DNA of 63,419 nucleotides, the filler included, from an uncultured Methanosarcinales archaeon (lineage in GTDB: Archaea > Nanobdellota > Nanobdellia > Woesearchaeales > CAYZNE01): the NCBI GenBank assembly GCA_964405295.1. It is 3 parts of 3 records of this genome, joined end to end, with 100 filler letters (N's around TTAATTAATTAA, not from the genome) between each part and the next. Parts side by side here need not be neighbours in the genome. Positions count along the whole stretch, not along the records: positions 31,830 to 53,023 come from CAYONI010000008.1; 2 more parts are not named here. The stretch is one strand, 5' to 3'. Below the pieces are notes generated by a model. That model did not search any database, was not told the origin of the DNA, and worked only from the letters and a program-made list of their open reading frames with translations. This document shows, piece by piece, positions 38,624-48,318 of this stretch. How positions within the stretch are numbered: position 1 is the stretch's first letter; the number at the start of each line of letters is the position of its first letter. A program made the position numbers and the translations under genes.

Positions 38624-38839
38624 TTATCTTGCCTTGTTGATCAAATAATTCTCTACTCGATTATGTATCTGCTCATATTCCAATAAGTCTAAAAGCTCAA
38701 CGGTATCAAGCTCCCTGATCTCTTTCAAAGAGCCGTAACCTTGCTTCGCCAAATAGAATATTGACATATCCTCATCGCTTACATTAGTAAAATGTATATA
38801 GTCTTCACTTTTAGGCGGAACTGGTATCTTTAATTTAAA
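38624..38839 (-). CDS. Tail assembly chaperone -1 frameshift extension (gpGT-like C-terminus)
   Basis: Open -1 frame FKLKIPVPP...LAKQGYGSLKEIRELDTVELLD...KAR* abutting the TMP ATG; T TTA AAT slippery heptamer at 38833-38839. Confidence 0.75.
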   Translation of the reverse strand, partial: FKLKIPVPPKSEDYIHFTNVSDEDMSIFYLAKQGYGSLKEIRELDTVELLDLLEYEQIHNRVENYLINKAR

Positions 38840-39189
38840 GTCCCGCCTCTCATAAAAGGATAACTAAATACAAGCAACATAGATGTTACAAACTTAAGGT
38901 AATCCTCGGGGTATTCATCCCAATGATTCTGACTTTTAGAAAGTAAAAAACCATCAAAAAGAACTAATCCGCAGATTATATCCTCAACCCTTTTAAACTC
39001 AACGCTATCTATAAATGATAAATCTCCAGAACTTATTTGGTTCTGTACTTTCATCATATAAGCAAAAATCTTTTTCCGCTTTTCGTGATTTACTTTTGTT
39101 ATCTTGTAAATACGACCGTTAATTTCTGCCTCTTTGTCTTTATAGATTTGCTCTATATTGTCTAAAATTTCTTTATTTGCCTCTTCCAT
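38830..39189 (-). CDS. Tail assembly chaperone (gpG-like)
   Basis: Lies between tube and TMP genes; ends at a slippery site. Confidence 0.8.
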   Translation of the reverse strand: MEEANKEILDNIEQIYKDKEAEINGRIYKITKVNHEKRKKIFAYMMKVQNQISSGDLSFIDSVEFKRVEDIICGLVLFDGFLLSKSQNHWDEYPEDYLKFVTSMLLVFSYPFMRGGTLN

Positions 39190-39207
39190 GTTGCCCCCTT
39201 AAAAGAT

Positions 39208-39639
39208 TTAAATGTTTCTTTGTGCTGTCCTAAATCTAATTACATATTCAGCAATACCGTTGCCATCTTCGCTATTAATAGTAATAGTGGGCTGTGTAAT
39301 TATAGACCCACTTTCTAATAGCCAAGTTTCAATAGCGTTATCGCTATTTTTGGTGTAATTCTCTTTAAGAGAACCGTCTAAAATAGTAGAGGGGGATTGG
39401 TTTAATACATTATTCATAAAAGCATCTGAATCTGATAAATGCTGTAATGAAATAGTTAAATCATAAACATTTTTATCAATACGTTCAAAGATGGAAACAC
39501 CACCATTTGAGCTATTGATATGTGCAGATGCAGGGTTAACAGGAGCTAAGGTTAAAATATCCCCTGAAACAAAATCATTTATTACTGTCCCATTCAGAAC
39601 TAGTGTTGTGTTATCTGTTGATAAGCTTATTGTTGCCAT
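39208..39639 (-). CDS. Tail tube protein (DUF3277-like)
   Basis: 143 aa directly after the sheath gene; I.DF..GD, LTISL...SDSD.F. Confidence 0.8.
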   Translation of the reverse strand: MATISLSTDNTTLVLNGTVINDFVSGDILTLAPVNPASAHINSSNGGVSIFERIDKNVYDLTISLQHLSDSDAFMNNVLNQSPSTILDGSLKENYTKNSDNAIETWLLESGSIITQPTITINSEDGNGIAEYVIRFRTAQRNI

Positions 39640-39649
39640 CTTTAACTCC

Positions 39650-41155
39650 TTATTTATTTATAACTAGTGTTATATCCACAGAATGAACTGCGCCACTTAA
39701 TTTTAATGCGCCTTGGATTACTGTTGATTTCCTAGCTTCTCTATCAGCTTGAGATTGATCAGCTAAAGAACCTGCTAAGAAATAATATCCGTTGTTCTCA
39801 ATGTTTCTATTAAATACATCTACGTTTCCAAAATAGTCTGTGCTTGTCCATGTACCGCCAGCAAAAACTCCAGCTCTTACAAATTCACGTGCTGTCTTTT
39901 CGCATTGGTCGACAAGCTGATTAATTCCACGTGTAGTTTGTGGAATCTTTGCACTTGTCTGCTTTAATAAATTATAAAGATCAGTACTAACCGCATCTTG
40001 AAAAGCTATCAGATTATATCTATTATCAACAAAATCATTAGCACCACTAGTCAAAATAACTGGTGTGTTTTTAATTGTTGTATAGACATCAAGACCAACA
40101 TTTTTAGCCTTTGTTAATTCTGTCTGTGTATAAGCTTCCGCAACTACCGCAAGCTCTTTAAGTTGCATTGTTAAAGCTGAATTTTCAGCTCCAAAGTTTA
40201 CACTATGAACCCTAGCCATGTAAGAAGTAGCAAGCTTTCTATTATTAGAAGCTGAATAAAGCATCCTATAATTTGTATAACCCGCAAGCTTATTAGCCCA
40301 AACGACATTTGTTGTGTCAATTTCTAGGTTACTAGCTGAACCAAAAACATCATACATAAGAACATCATTAGAATTTGCCCAAGAAGCTAGAGATGCTGAT
40401 TCAACAGATGTTGGAGCATCAATAAACATAATACCTTTTACATTAATAAGTGCTAAAAGTGCTGTAACAGCCGCCTCTTTTGTTTCTAATGATAAAGAAG
40501 AAGCATCCGCACCTTGTACAAGACTTGCACCGCTTCCAGTTGCTAAGGCTAAAATATCGCCAACAAATGTTCCGCTTGTATGAGCAGAAGCATATGTCAT
40601 TGTGCTTGCTACTCCTGTTGTACTAGATGTAAAGATAATTTCATTGTCGCTTGAAAGTGTTGCTGTAACCCCTGTAAAAGAAGCATTAGCATTAATCTCT
40701 GTAATAACATTACCTAAAGAAATAGAATCTCTAAAATCTAAAGCTGTGATTGTTAACTCGGCACTATCAACGGTTACAACAAAAGAGCCATCGCTTATTT
40801 CTTGTAACTGTCCAACTGTTATAGCCTCTGATAATTCTTCGCTAGTCAATACACCAGCAGAAGCCGCAACTGTTTCAGAAGCTGAACGCCAATAACCCGC
40901 AACTAAAGCTCCGCTTGAATTACTAGGGTTGGGGCTTGTAGCAAAGAAAATTTTAGCATGAGAATACATTTCAGAATCTGTTCCAAAATCTGTCGCTACG
41001 CTTGCTAAATCTGTATATAATTCATAACGATTGGCACTAGACAAAACCGCATCTTGCTGATCTGTCATTACCGCAGTTAGGTTCATATTGTCACGGTCGG
41101 CAGTTGCCCCCGCTTCTAGTAAAGATACGCTGATAACATTGCTGATATTAGCCAT
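39650..41155 (-). CDS. Tail sheath protein (DUF3383)
   Basis: ISNVISVS, Y.DL.SVA.DFG..SE.Y..A..FF, SG.F.D, KIPQT..G, GAVHSV. Confidence 0.92.
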   Translation of the reverse strand: MANISNVISVSLLEAGATADRDNMNLTAVMTDQQDAVLSSANRYELYTDLASVATDFGTDSEMYSHAKIFFATSPNPSNSSGALVAGYWRSASETVAASAGVLTSEELSEAITVGQLQEISDGSFVVTVDSAELTITALDFRDSISLGNVITEINANASFTGVTATLSSDNEIIFTSSTTGVASTMTYASAHTSGTFVGDILALATGSGASLVQGADASSLSLETKEAAVTALLALINVKGIMFIDAPTSVESASLASWANSNDVLMYDVFGSASNLEIDTTNVVWANKLAGYTNYRMLYSASNNRKLATSYMARVHSVNFGAENSALTMQLKELAVVAEAYTQTELTKAKNVGLDVYTTIKNTPVILTSGANDFVDNRYNLIAFQDAVSTDLYNLLKQTSAKIPQTTRGINQLVDQCEKTAREFVRAGVFAGGTWTSTDYFGNVDVFNRNIENNGYYFLAGSLADQSQADREARKSTVIQGALKLSGAVHSVDITLVINK

Positions 41156-41168
41156 AATTTGATCTCCT

Positions 41169-41654
41169 TTACTTGTTAATTATATAATCCACTTCTGCCG
41201 TGTCTAATCTCAAAGTGTCTACGGTAGCCGAAAGATTAAAGTTTATATTTAAATTTAATTCTATATTGTTATTATATTGTTTTCCACTTAATAACCGTAA
41301 GTCTGTTATATTAGAAACACTAAAACAAGCTATTCCTAGCGTGGTTTGTAAGTCTAATGATTTCTGGCTTTTAAGTAACAAAGTTAAGTTATTAAGATTG
41401 GTATAAGCATTATCTCCGTAAAAATTTATTATTACAGGTAAGCTCCATAATTGCGAAAGAGTCTGTTCTTCCTCTGTTCCGTCAAACTCTTCTGAATATG
41501 CTATCAATGTTGCAGGCGTTAGATTATCAACGGTAATATAAGATGTATCAAAGTCTTCATTTTCAAAGTTATAGCGCCCAACTTTGATAAGACTCTCGGA
41601 GATCGTTAATAAATCTCTTATTAAGATAGCTACTTTTCTTAATTGTATAATCAT
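41169..41654 (-). CDS. Neck/tail terminator protein
   Basis: INFYG..A motif; position just before the sheath gene. Confidence 0.7.
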   Translation of the reverse strand: MIIQLRKVAILIRDLLTISESLIKVGRYNFENEDFDTSYITVDNLTPATLIAYSEEFDGTEEEQTLSQLWSLPVIINFYGDNAYTNLNNLTLLLKSQKSLDLQTTLGIACFSVSNITDLRLLSGKQYNNNIELNLNINFNLSATVDTLRLDTAEVDYIINK

Positions 41655-41655
41655 A

Positions 41656-41994
41656 TTACACCAATATGTTCTTATTTGTTTCTTCTCCTACTACCTCATA
41701 ATATCCGTAATCATTCCAATCGCTTTTTAATATAACCTTATAGTCTTCACTATTATATGTTATATACTCGCCCACATTAATATTAGAACGGCTATGAGCT
41801 GTGATATATCTTAATTTATAATCTATTATATCAGCGTTAATCTCTGTTGGCTTAGTACGTTGTATAACACAACTTTGCGATCTCTGTGTGACCGTTTCAG
41901 TCGGAACAAAATCAGATGTAGTAATAGCAACGCTTTTTATTATTACTGTCTGTTCCCATTCTGGCAAAACGTCTGAAATATTAGGTAACATCAC
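41656..41994 (-). CDS. Head-closure protein
   Basis: GEYITYN..DYKV....DW.DYGY; neck-module position. Confidence 0.65.
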   Translation of the reverse strand: MMLPNISDVLPEWEQTVIIKSVAITTSDFVPTETVTQRSQSCVIQRTKPTEINADIIDYKLRYITAHSRSNINVGEYITYNSEDYKVILKSDWNDYGYYEVVGEETNKNILV

Positions 41995-42454
41995 GCACCG
42001 CCCATGTAATCGAATTTTTTAATATTCCAGTATCTATTAATATCTTACTAGACCCTTTCTCTTCGATAGTGAAAACACTTAATTGCTCCCACTGACCAAA
42101 ACCCTCTGTAAGAAAACCCTTCTGGATTATATTATAAGCTTGCGCTCCTATTAACCCTAAAGCCTTAGTTACATTTTTGTTTTTTTCTATAACTGCACCA
42201 TATTCTTTTTTTATGGCTTTGCCTAGGTCTTTCTTTTTTATCTCTAAAGGTAACCTTAAAAACGATCTTCTTGGCAATCCTATTCCGTACTCATGTCTTG
42301 CCCCAACATTTATAATCGTATTACCATTTTTATATACCTTCCCTGTTGCTTTTTCGGTAGGCAAACCGATAGCGACCTCTTTTTTTTTAGCTTCCTTGAG
42401 CTGTCTTGCTAAATCTGTTGTATGCTTTAACATATCTTTTGCAGATTTATACAA
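41981..42454 (-). CDS. Neck/virion morphogenesis protein
   Basis: V.IG, GA.HEYG..LPRRSFLR, TI..KGSSK.LIDTG.L.NSIT. Confidence 0.8.
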   Translation of the reverse strand: MYKSAKDMLKHTTDLARQLKEAKKKEVAIGLPTEKATGKVYKNGNTIINVGARHEYGIGLPRRSFLRLPLEIKKKDLGKAIKKEYGAVIEKNKNVTKALGLIGAQAYNIIQKGFLTEGFGQWEQLSVFTIEEKGSSKILIDTGILKNSITWAVRDVT

Positions 42455-42806
42455 AATACCCCCCTTGGCTTCTTAATGTTAATAATAAATATCTTACTCC
42501 ATAACAAGTTGATCTGAACCAAGCGTTACGCTCTGTCATTGTAGTAGTCGGGTTAGAATAAGAAACAGAAACACTACCAATACTCTTAGAGTCAGAAGAC
42601 CTTAAGGGAGCGGTATCGGTAGCGCTCTGATTTTCCTGCAAAACTAAATGGGCTAACAGATTTAAAACAATCTCTTGACCACAAGTTGAATCATAACTGC
42701 CCCCCCAATAACAAGGATATACATCCTCTAAAATTGGGATATATGTATTGGCAATTGTTTCGTCAAACTCTGGAAATCTTGCTTTAAAATCTGCTAATAG
42801 TGTCAT
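42447..42806 (-). CDS. Head-tail adaptor (DUF4054)
   Basis: FKARFPEF, LLAHL, SKSIGSVSVSY, W..T.YG.RY. Confidence 0.88.
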   Translation of the reverse strand: MTLLADFKARFPEFDETIANTYIPILEDVYPCYWGGSYDSTCGQEIVLNLLAHLVLQENQSATDTAPLRSSDSKSIGSVSVSYSNPTTTMTERNAWFRSTCYGVRYLLLTLRSQGGYFV

Positions 42807-43174
42807 TAATCAACCCATTCAATTTTATTAATTTCTACCTGTCTATTGACCTTTTTCATAAAACGCTCATTCTCTAAATAAAGCAATGGTAATATAACTA
42901 CCTCTTTGCTTTTCAAGAACAACCCTTCTATTTCATAATTGTTGTCGGCTATAACTCGGACTTTAAAAACCTTTGGATTTATAGAAAGAATCTCTTTAAG
43001 TGCCTCTCTCTTCTCCCCTTGGTTTCTAGTCCTTAAAATAACATCATCAACGTTTTCAATAGAAACCTCAATCCCTTTTGAGATTTTCTCTCTTAGAGCT
43101 TTCTCTTTACAGTTAGGGTGGAACTTAATGCCCACCCTTTTACAATAATCTTTCAATTCTTGCAAACTTAACAT
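42806..43174 (-). CDS. Hypothetical phage protein
   Basis: Tightly packed ORF after the MCP gene; ELKDYC..VGIKFHPN...LREKI small helical N-terminal domain. Confidence 0.65.
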   Translation of the reverse strand: MLSLQELKDYCKRVGIKFHPNCKEKALREKISKGIEVSIENVDDVILRTRNQGEKREALKEILSINPKVFKVRVIADNNYEIEGLFLKSKEVVILPLLYLENERFMKKVNRQVEINKIEWVD

Positions 43175-43175
43175 A

Positions 43176-44132
43176 TTAAAGACCTGTTAGGATACGACCC
43201 GCAGAATTCTCTAAAACATCAGAACCAGCTGCTCTATAAGCCGCATCAACACGATAATCAAAACCAGAAACCTTGACAATCTCACTAATTTGTAGAGGTT
43301 GAGGTATTCTAATTTTAACTGCTTGGTCGCTAGAGGAAATAGCTAGAGTAACACTTCCACCGCCAACGCTTTCAGCACGGAAAGAAGATATGAATTGTAC
43401 CCCAACAAAATTCTCTTTTAGAGCTGAAAGGACAGACTTAGTTGAACCCGCTGAATTTAATATTGTTCTCTGTAATGTATTCATAACAGAAACTGGGAAT
43501 ATAACTTTATCAGCCATATATCCAGGAGTGTTATTAACGCCATTGTGTTGAGCTGTAATAAACTCGGCTACTTCGTCGTAAGCATCCTGCCCTGATAATG
43601 TTTCAACTGCCCCAGAAGCCGCACTAGATGTAAAGCCAGCATGGTTTAAAAGACCTGTTGAAGAAGCATATCCAGGAATACCAATCATAATAATCTCATC
43701 AAGCTCTCGCTTATATACTTTGTCAGTAGTAGCAAGATATTTATTTACTAAGTTGATGTTTTGCAAGTTAGCTTGCTCAACTTCTGTTCTTGACCATTTC
43801 GCAAAAGCTTCACGAGAAAGAACGTTTAAAAAAGACTTCTCCCCTGATAGGCTAATTTTACCTTTGTTACTATCTATGTCGCCAGAGTTTTTAAACTCGC
43901 CTTGCTCATTAAGTCTTAATGAATCAATAACGTTGGCATAACCGCCAGAGTTATCAATAGTAAGACCCATTGTAAAGGCTGTTAATTCTGGATATAGCTT
44001 TTCGAATATTTTTGGGTCTACATGACGCAAATTTTCGGCTAATACAGTACCGCTTGAAGCTGTATCGGTAAATATTCTTGAATCTTTTACTTTTAAGAAA
44101 GTATCTAACTTATAAAGTTGTTTAATTAACAT
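43176..44132 (-). CDS. Major capsid protein (DUF2184 family)
   Basis: L..VDPKIFEK.YPEL, WS..E...A, GLLNH; head-module position. Confidence 0.88.
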   Translation of the reverse strand: MLIKQLYKLDTFLKVKDSRIFTDTASSGTVLAENLRHVDPKIFEKLYPELTAFTMGLTIDNSGGYANVIDSLRLNEQGEFKNSGDIDSNKGKISLSGEKSFLNVLSREAFAKWSRTEVEQANLQNINLVNKYLATTDKVYKRELDEIIMIGIPGYASSTGLLNHAGFTSSAASGAVETLSGQDAYDEVAEFITAQHNGVNNTPGYMADKVIFPVSVMNTLQRTILNSAGSTKSVLSALKENFVGVQFISSFRAESVGGGSVTLAISSSDQAVKIRIPQPLQISEIVKVSGFDYRVDAAYRAAGSDVLENSAGRILTGL

Positions 44133-44150
44133 TTTTTTATCTCCTTGTTA

Positions 44151-45059
44151 TTATGATAGTGATATGCCGTCATTAGCAACTACACGCCATACTAAAGCAC
44201 CCGCTACCTGAACGGCTTTTAATACGATAATGTCCCCTGCATCAGCAAAAGTTAAAATAGTATTTGCGGCTTGGTTAACTGCACTAGCTACTGTTATAGC
44301 AATATCTCCGCCGTCGACATCAAAAGAAATAGCTAACTCAATACCTTGTACAGCAGGAATAGCTAGGGTTCTTGTTTCTCCACCGCCAACTGTTGAAGTC
44401 AAGGAAACATTTCCAGAACGTGTAACAGCAATAGCACCCGCATCAGCAGGGTCAGCAATTAAAGTTTCAACATGAGGATAGATTTCCTGTAAACAAGCTT
44501 CAACTTCTATATTAGCAGTAAAAGCACCCGCATCAGCAATGCTAATAGCTGAACCTGCATGAGCGCCAGTAGCATCAGCAATATGAGTTGCTATATCGCC
44601 TTGTGGAGGTGTGATATTAATTAACCATACGCCAGTTTTAATTTCTTCGATAAATTCTGCATTAACAGCAACATCGGTGTTAGTTGCTGTGGCTAAACCA
44701 TCGTTAGCATCGCCATCGTTAGCAACATAAACACGACCGAATTTAGCAGGAGTTTCCCCTGTCTTAACATCAACAGTAACAAGACCCCAACGCATGAATT
44801 GAGCTTGCTTATATAGTGTTGCGTCTACTGTTCCTGCGTCCTCTACGGAGCGGGCTACGTCGCGGATAATAACACCCGCAATAGTTGGTGTGGCAGAACC
44901 ATCGAAATTATCGACACTACCTGTATCATATTTTGCAAAACGACCAATTACTAGACCGTCTTCAAAAGCTGTTGTTCCTAGAACAATGTTACAGTTTCCG
45001 TAACGTTCCCCAGCTCCAACAGCAACAATATCATTTGAAAATGCTTGACTAAATGCCAT
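44151..45059 (-). CDS. Capsid cement/decoration protein with C-terminal extension
   Basis: Lies between protease and MCP genes; G...GRF, GV..R, G.V.V motifs; Ala/Gly-rich. Confidence 0.7.
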   Translation of the reverse strand: MAFSQAFSNDIVAVGAGERYGNCNIVLGTTAFEDGLVIGRFAKYDTGSVDNFDGSATPTIAGVIIRDVARSVEDAGTVDATLYKQAQFMRWGLVTVDVKTGETPAKFGRVYVANDGDANDGLATATNTDVAVNAEFIEEIKTGVWLINITPPQGDIATHIADATGAHAGSAISIADAGAFTANIEVEACLQEIYPHVETLIADPADAGAIAVTRSGNVSLTSTVGGGETRTLAIPAVQGIELAISFDVDGGDIAITVASAVNQAANTILTFADAGDIIVLKAVQVAGALVWRVVANDGISLS

Positions 45060-45061
45060 TT

Positions 45062-46213
45062 TTATATCTCCTTGTTTCCAATTACTTCTAATTCATCTAT
45101 CAGCTTATCACCAAAGTTTTGGTAATTTTGTTGTTTTTTCAAAAGCTTAAAGGCAATAGCCAACTCGCTTTTTTCAAACTTCTCTGTGCTATGTTGTGAC
45201 AAAGTATCTTCCATTATCTGCTCAGAAGATTTATCACAGAAATTGTAAGATTCATCTAGGAATCCCTTGGCTTTCTGTACTACTTGAGCATATTTCTTTA
45301 CTTCATCTTGAGCATAATTTTTTAAAGCTTCATCGGAAAATTTCTTCTCCTCTTCTTCTTTTTCTTTCATCTCTTCGTCTTGAACTTCTGGTAATTCCTC
45401 TTTTACTTCTTCGTCTTGAACTTCTTCCATCTCTGGCTGTTCAACAACTTCTTCTTTAGGCTTTACCATTGTAGCAAGCTTTTCAAAGATAGGAACAAAC
45501 TCTTGAAGTTGATCAATAGGAATTTCAGCAATTACTTGTGGCAATGACTGAACGATCTCCATGATCTTTTCAAGGGATACCTTTCCCTCTTCATCTTTAA
45601 AATTAATCATATGATCAATCTCCTTTTTGTTTACTGTTTTCTTGTCTAAAAACCTACATAAAGAGCCACAACGACCCTCTGAAACTATTGCTAAGTGGTG
45701 GGGCATAATCCCTACTTGCTCGAAATCATATTTGTTATGTGGAATAAGCTTAGCACTATATCCCAAAGACAACTCGCTACGCTCTTTTAATATATCTTCA
45801 TCATTTGTATTTAATAATAATTTATTTTTTATCGCTATTCTGGTTGAAGTGCTTTCATCTATAAAGTCTATCATCTCGGCTTCGCTAACAATACTACCAG
45901 TGTTCGGAGCGGGTTCTTCAACAGATACATGCTCATAAGTAAGAGGTATCCCCTGCATTCTCATTGCTGTATTAGATATTGTTGCGGGGGATCTATAAAC
46001 AGAAAATATTTTCTCATAAGGCTGTTGACCTATTTCAGCACCCATATAATCTAAGACACCATCTCTTACACTTATAGCAGTTTTTTCTTTCACATCAAAA
46101 GGTACTGTATCGCAGAATTTCATACTGACTTCTTTGTCATGTAAATCCGCTTTACATCCTTTAATAACCGCTCTAGGGTCTTTTTCTTTTTTTTTAATCA
46201 TATTAGAAACCAT
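45062..46213 (-). CDS. DUF2213 prohead protease/scaffold
   Basis: R.GV..Y.G.E.G, VYRSP, P.T.EH, ELSLGY, Q..I..HHLAIV..GRCG..C; acidic C-terminal scaffold. Confidence 0.9.
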   Translation of the reverse strand: MVSNMIKKKEKDPRAVIKGCKADLHDKEVSMKFCDTVPFDVKEKTAISVRDGVLDYMGAEIGQQPYEKIFSVYRSPATISNTAMRMQGIPLTYEHVSVEEPAPNTGSIVSEAEMIDFIDESTSTRIAIKNKLLLNTNDEDILKERSELSLGYSAKLIPHNKYDFEQVGIMPHHLAIVSEGRCGSLCRFLDKKTVNKKEIDHMINFKDEEGKVSLEKIMEIVQSLPQVIAEIPIDQLQEFVPIFEKLATMVKPKEEVVEQPEMEEVQDEEVKEELPEVQDEEMKEKEEEEKKFSDEALKNYAQDEVKKYAQVVQKAKGFLDESYNFCDKSSEQIMEDTLSQHSTEKFEKSELAIAFKLLKKQQNYQNFGDKLIDELEVIGNKEI

Positions 46214-46224
46214 TTTTAAAGTTT

Positions 46225-46253
46225 ATCTTATATATGTTAGTTACTTAAGTCAA
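46225..46253 (-). promoter_or_regulatory. Sigma70-like promoter upstream of the head genes
   Basis: TTGACT-N17-TAAGAT on the minus strand within a 50-bp intergenic gap. Confidence 0.55.
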
Positions 46254-46263
46254 ATAATTTGTT

Positions 46264-47082
46264 TTACTCTTCTTCTGGTATGATAAGTAAATATCCACAC
46301 CTACAACGATAATCTAATTGAGGTAGCAAAGTTTTTCCATCTACGCTAGAATAAAGACCTTCTGAAAGATTAAATTCCTTTCCGTTTCTATCATCGTGAC
46401 TTTTCCTGACTCTATTATCTCCAGAAGTTACCCAAATAGCCTTTGTAATTCCTAGGTTCTGCGCTCTTATCTTTGTTGTTAGGCTGTTAAATGTTCCGAT
46501 CTGTGTTCGTGCAACCATATTAGCATTAGACTTACGCTTGCCTGCTTCATCGCTCATTATCTTTCTAATTTCAGACATAGATTTACCTTCCGCCATGCCT
46601 CTTAGAGTGGTATTTGTGAAATATTCTAGCGTGTCATCCCTAAGCTTCTTGACCCATTGCTGGGTTTCTAATATTAAAGCATTTATGCTAGGGGTCAGCC
46701 CTTCTGTTGATATTAGCTCTTTACTTGATATACCTATCTTATCCTCTATGGCTTTATATAAAAGATCTTGGTTTCTTTTATTAACTGTACCTGTCATATC
46801 TTCAACCATACGCTCAATACGATCATCAGAAAATTGTCTTAATATCTTACGCCCAACTTTTTTGGCTAAATTTAGAAATATTTTAGCATAATTGCCAATC
46901 TGTGAATCTTCGAATTTATCAATAGTACCCTTGTTCATGCCATCTATTGCTTGGTTAATAAATCTTGTGTGCATCTGATCAATCATCTGCTTTAAAGTCC
47001 TAGCAAAAGCATTCTCTACTGACTTCAAAGGTAAAGGCGCTTTTATATTTGTTGGCTTATTCGACTGGAGCGTTCTCTTCAT
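46264..47082 (-). CDS. Head morphogenesis protein (Mu gpF/SPP1 gp7 family)
   Basis: VARTQ, W.TSGD.RVR.SH, G.EF, PQLDYRCRC. Confidence 0.92.
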   Translation of the reverse strand: MKRTLQSNKPTNIKAPLPLKSVENAFARTLKQMIDQMHTRFINQAIDGMNKGTIDKFEDSQIGNYAKIFLNLAKKVGRKILRQFSDDRIERMVEDMTGTVNKRNQDLLYKAIEDKIGISSKELISTEGLTPSINALILETQQWVKKLRDDTLEYFTNTTLRGMAEGKSMSEIRKIMSDEAGKRKSNANMVARTQIGTFNSLTTKIRAQNLGITKAIWVTSGDNRVRKSHDDRNGKEFNLSEGLYSSVDGKTLLPQLDYRCRCGYLLIIPEEE

Positions 47083-48262
47083 CTCCTACCTCTGGGAAAA
47101 ATTTATCCGTCAAATCTTCTTCGGTAATGACATCATACTCTTTTAAATATGACTCAAAGTCTTCTCCAAGGTTATAAAGCTTTAAAGCATTATCAATAAC
47201 GCTAGACTCAAAACCGATTCTGTCCTCTGGTGTGCGACCTTGATTTTCTTTGAAAGATACATGCTCAAAACCTAGCTTGTTAAATAATTCATTTAAAGGC
47301 TCATCAATATAATCTTCTTGTAAAGCCTCAATCATATCTTGATAAATCTTTAGCTCATTATCCCCTGTTGAATTCATACCTTTAACGTTTTCGCCTACAA
47401 GGATTGCTAAAGGGATTCCTGTGACCATTGCTAATCTGCGTAATGTTATTGTGTCAACATCTCCAAGGTTAGAAAGGTTCTGATTAACGACATAAGCATC
47501 ATCTTCTGAATCTATTAGACAAGCACCATAGATTGACCTGCCGTTCTCTACCTCTGCCATATAGCGTTTTAAAAGGTCTTCCTGCTGATCCATCATTAAT
47601 TGCTTAAGGTCTTTAACTTTGTAGAATAGACTAGCATTCTTTTCTAAAATTGTTGTAGAAGCTCTAGCAACAATACTATCGCTAATAAACTGATCTTGGA
47701 TTAATTCAAATTCAGATACTCCACCATATTGATAAACTGGGCTATCAAATTCGGGTGGATTATAATAAGTAAAATCTATAACTCTTGAATAGTGGAATTT
47801 AGCCCCCCTAATACTATAATAAATAGGCTTAAAATATCTGGGGTGCATTAAATCTCTGCTAGTTTCTGCGGCACTAACCATATCGCCAGAAAAAACTTTT
47901 AAATGTGTGATCTTGGGATTAAATGGCTCAAGTCTAGGCTTTGATAAATCTTCGCCCTTATTATATAAAACTATAACCCCACGCCCAAAGCCTATCATAT
48001 ATTTAACGGCTTCTTTAACGGCTTTCTTTAGTTTTTTATTATAATAAAGCTCTTGCTCTTCACTTTCGAATTGAATTGTATTTTTAAGGCTAGCTCCAGA
48101 CTTTAACCTGACTATCTTTGAGCCTATACCTGTTTTATACATAGCCCTCAGAGTTTCATAAGAAACACGTTCTTCTACTATTGTATTTGTATTTAGAGGG
48201 CTTCTTGTATTATATACATCATTTATTATATTTTTAATACCATCAGAGAATTTCTTAAGCAT
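47057..48262 (-). CDS. Portal protein (DUF1073 family)
   Basis: Lies between terL and the F gene; HYSRVI, GIPL..LVG....GMNSTG. Confidence 0.88.
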   Translation of the reverse strand: MLKKFSDGIKNIINDVYNTRSPLNTNTIVEERVSYETLRAMYKTGIGSKIVRLKSGASLKNTIQFESEEQELYYNKKLKKAVKEAVKYMIGFGRGVIVLYNKGEDLSKPRLEPFNPKITHLKVFSGDMVSAAETSRDLMHPRYFKPIYYSIRGAKFHYSRVIDFTYYNPPEFDSPVYQYGGVSEFELIQDQFISDSIVARASTTILEKNASLFYKVKDLKQLMMDQQEDLLKRYMAEVENGRSIYGACLIDSEDDAYVVNQNLSNLGDVDTITLRRLAMVTGIPLAILVGENVKGMNSTGDNELKIYQDMIEALQEDYIDEPLNELFNKLGFEHVSFKENQGRTPEDRIGFESSVIDNALKLYNLGEDFESYLKEYDVITEEDLTDKFFPEVGDEENAPVE

Positions 48263-48318
48263 AGTAAACCAAGGTAAAGTAATTATTTACCTTAGTTTAT
48301 GAATGTTAATAATGAAAG

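Noticed and set aside
31830..41654. Tailocin, eCIS or T6SS-like contractile system of the archaeon
   Set aside because: It is contiguous with capsid, portal and terminase genes, so it is a phage tail, and it lies on a separate contig.
47057..48262. Anti-CBASS Acb1 function, a label sometimes attached to DUF1073 proteins
   Set aside because: Position and length fit a plain portal, and no 2H-phosphoesterase HxT/S pair was recognised.
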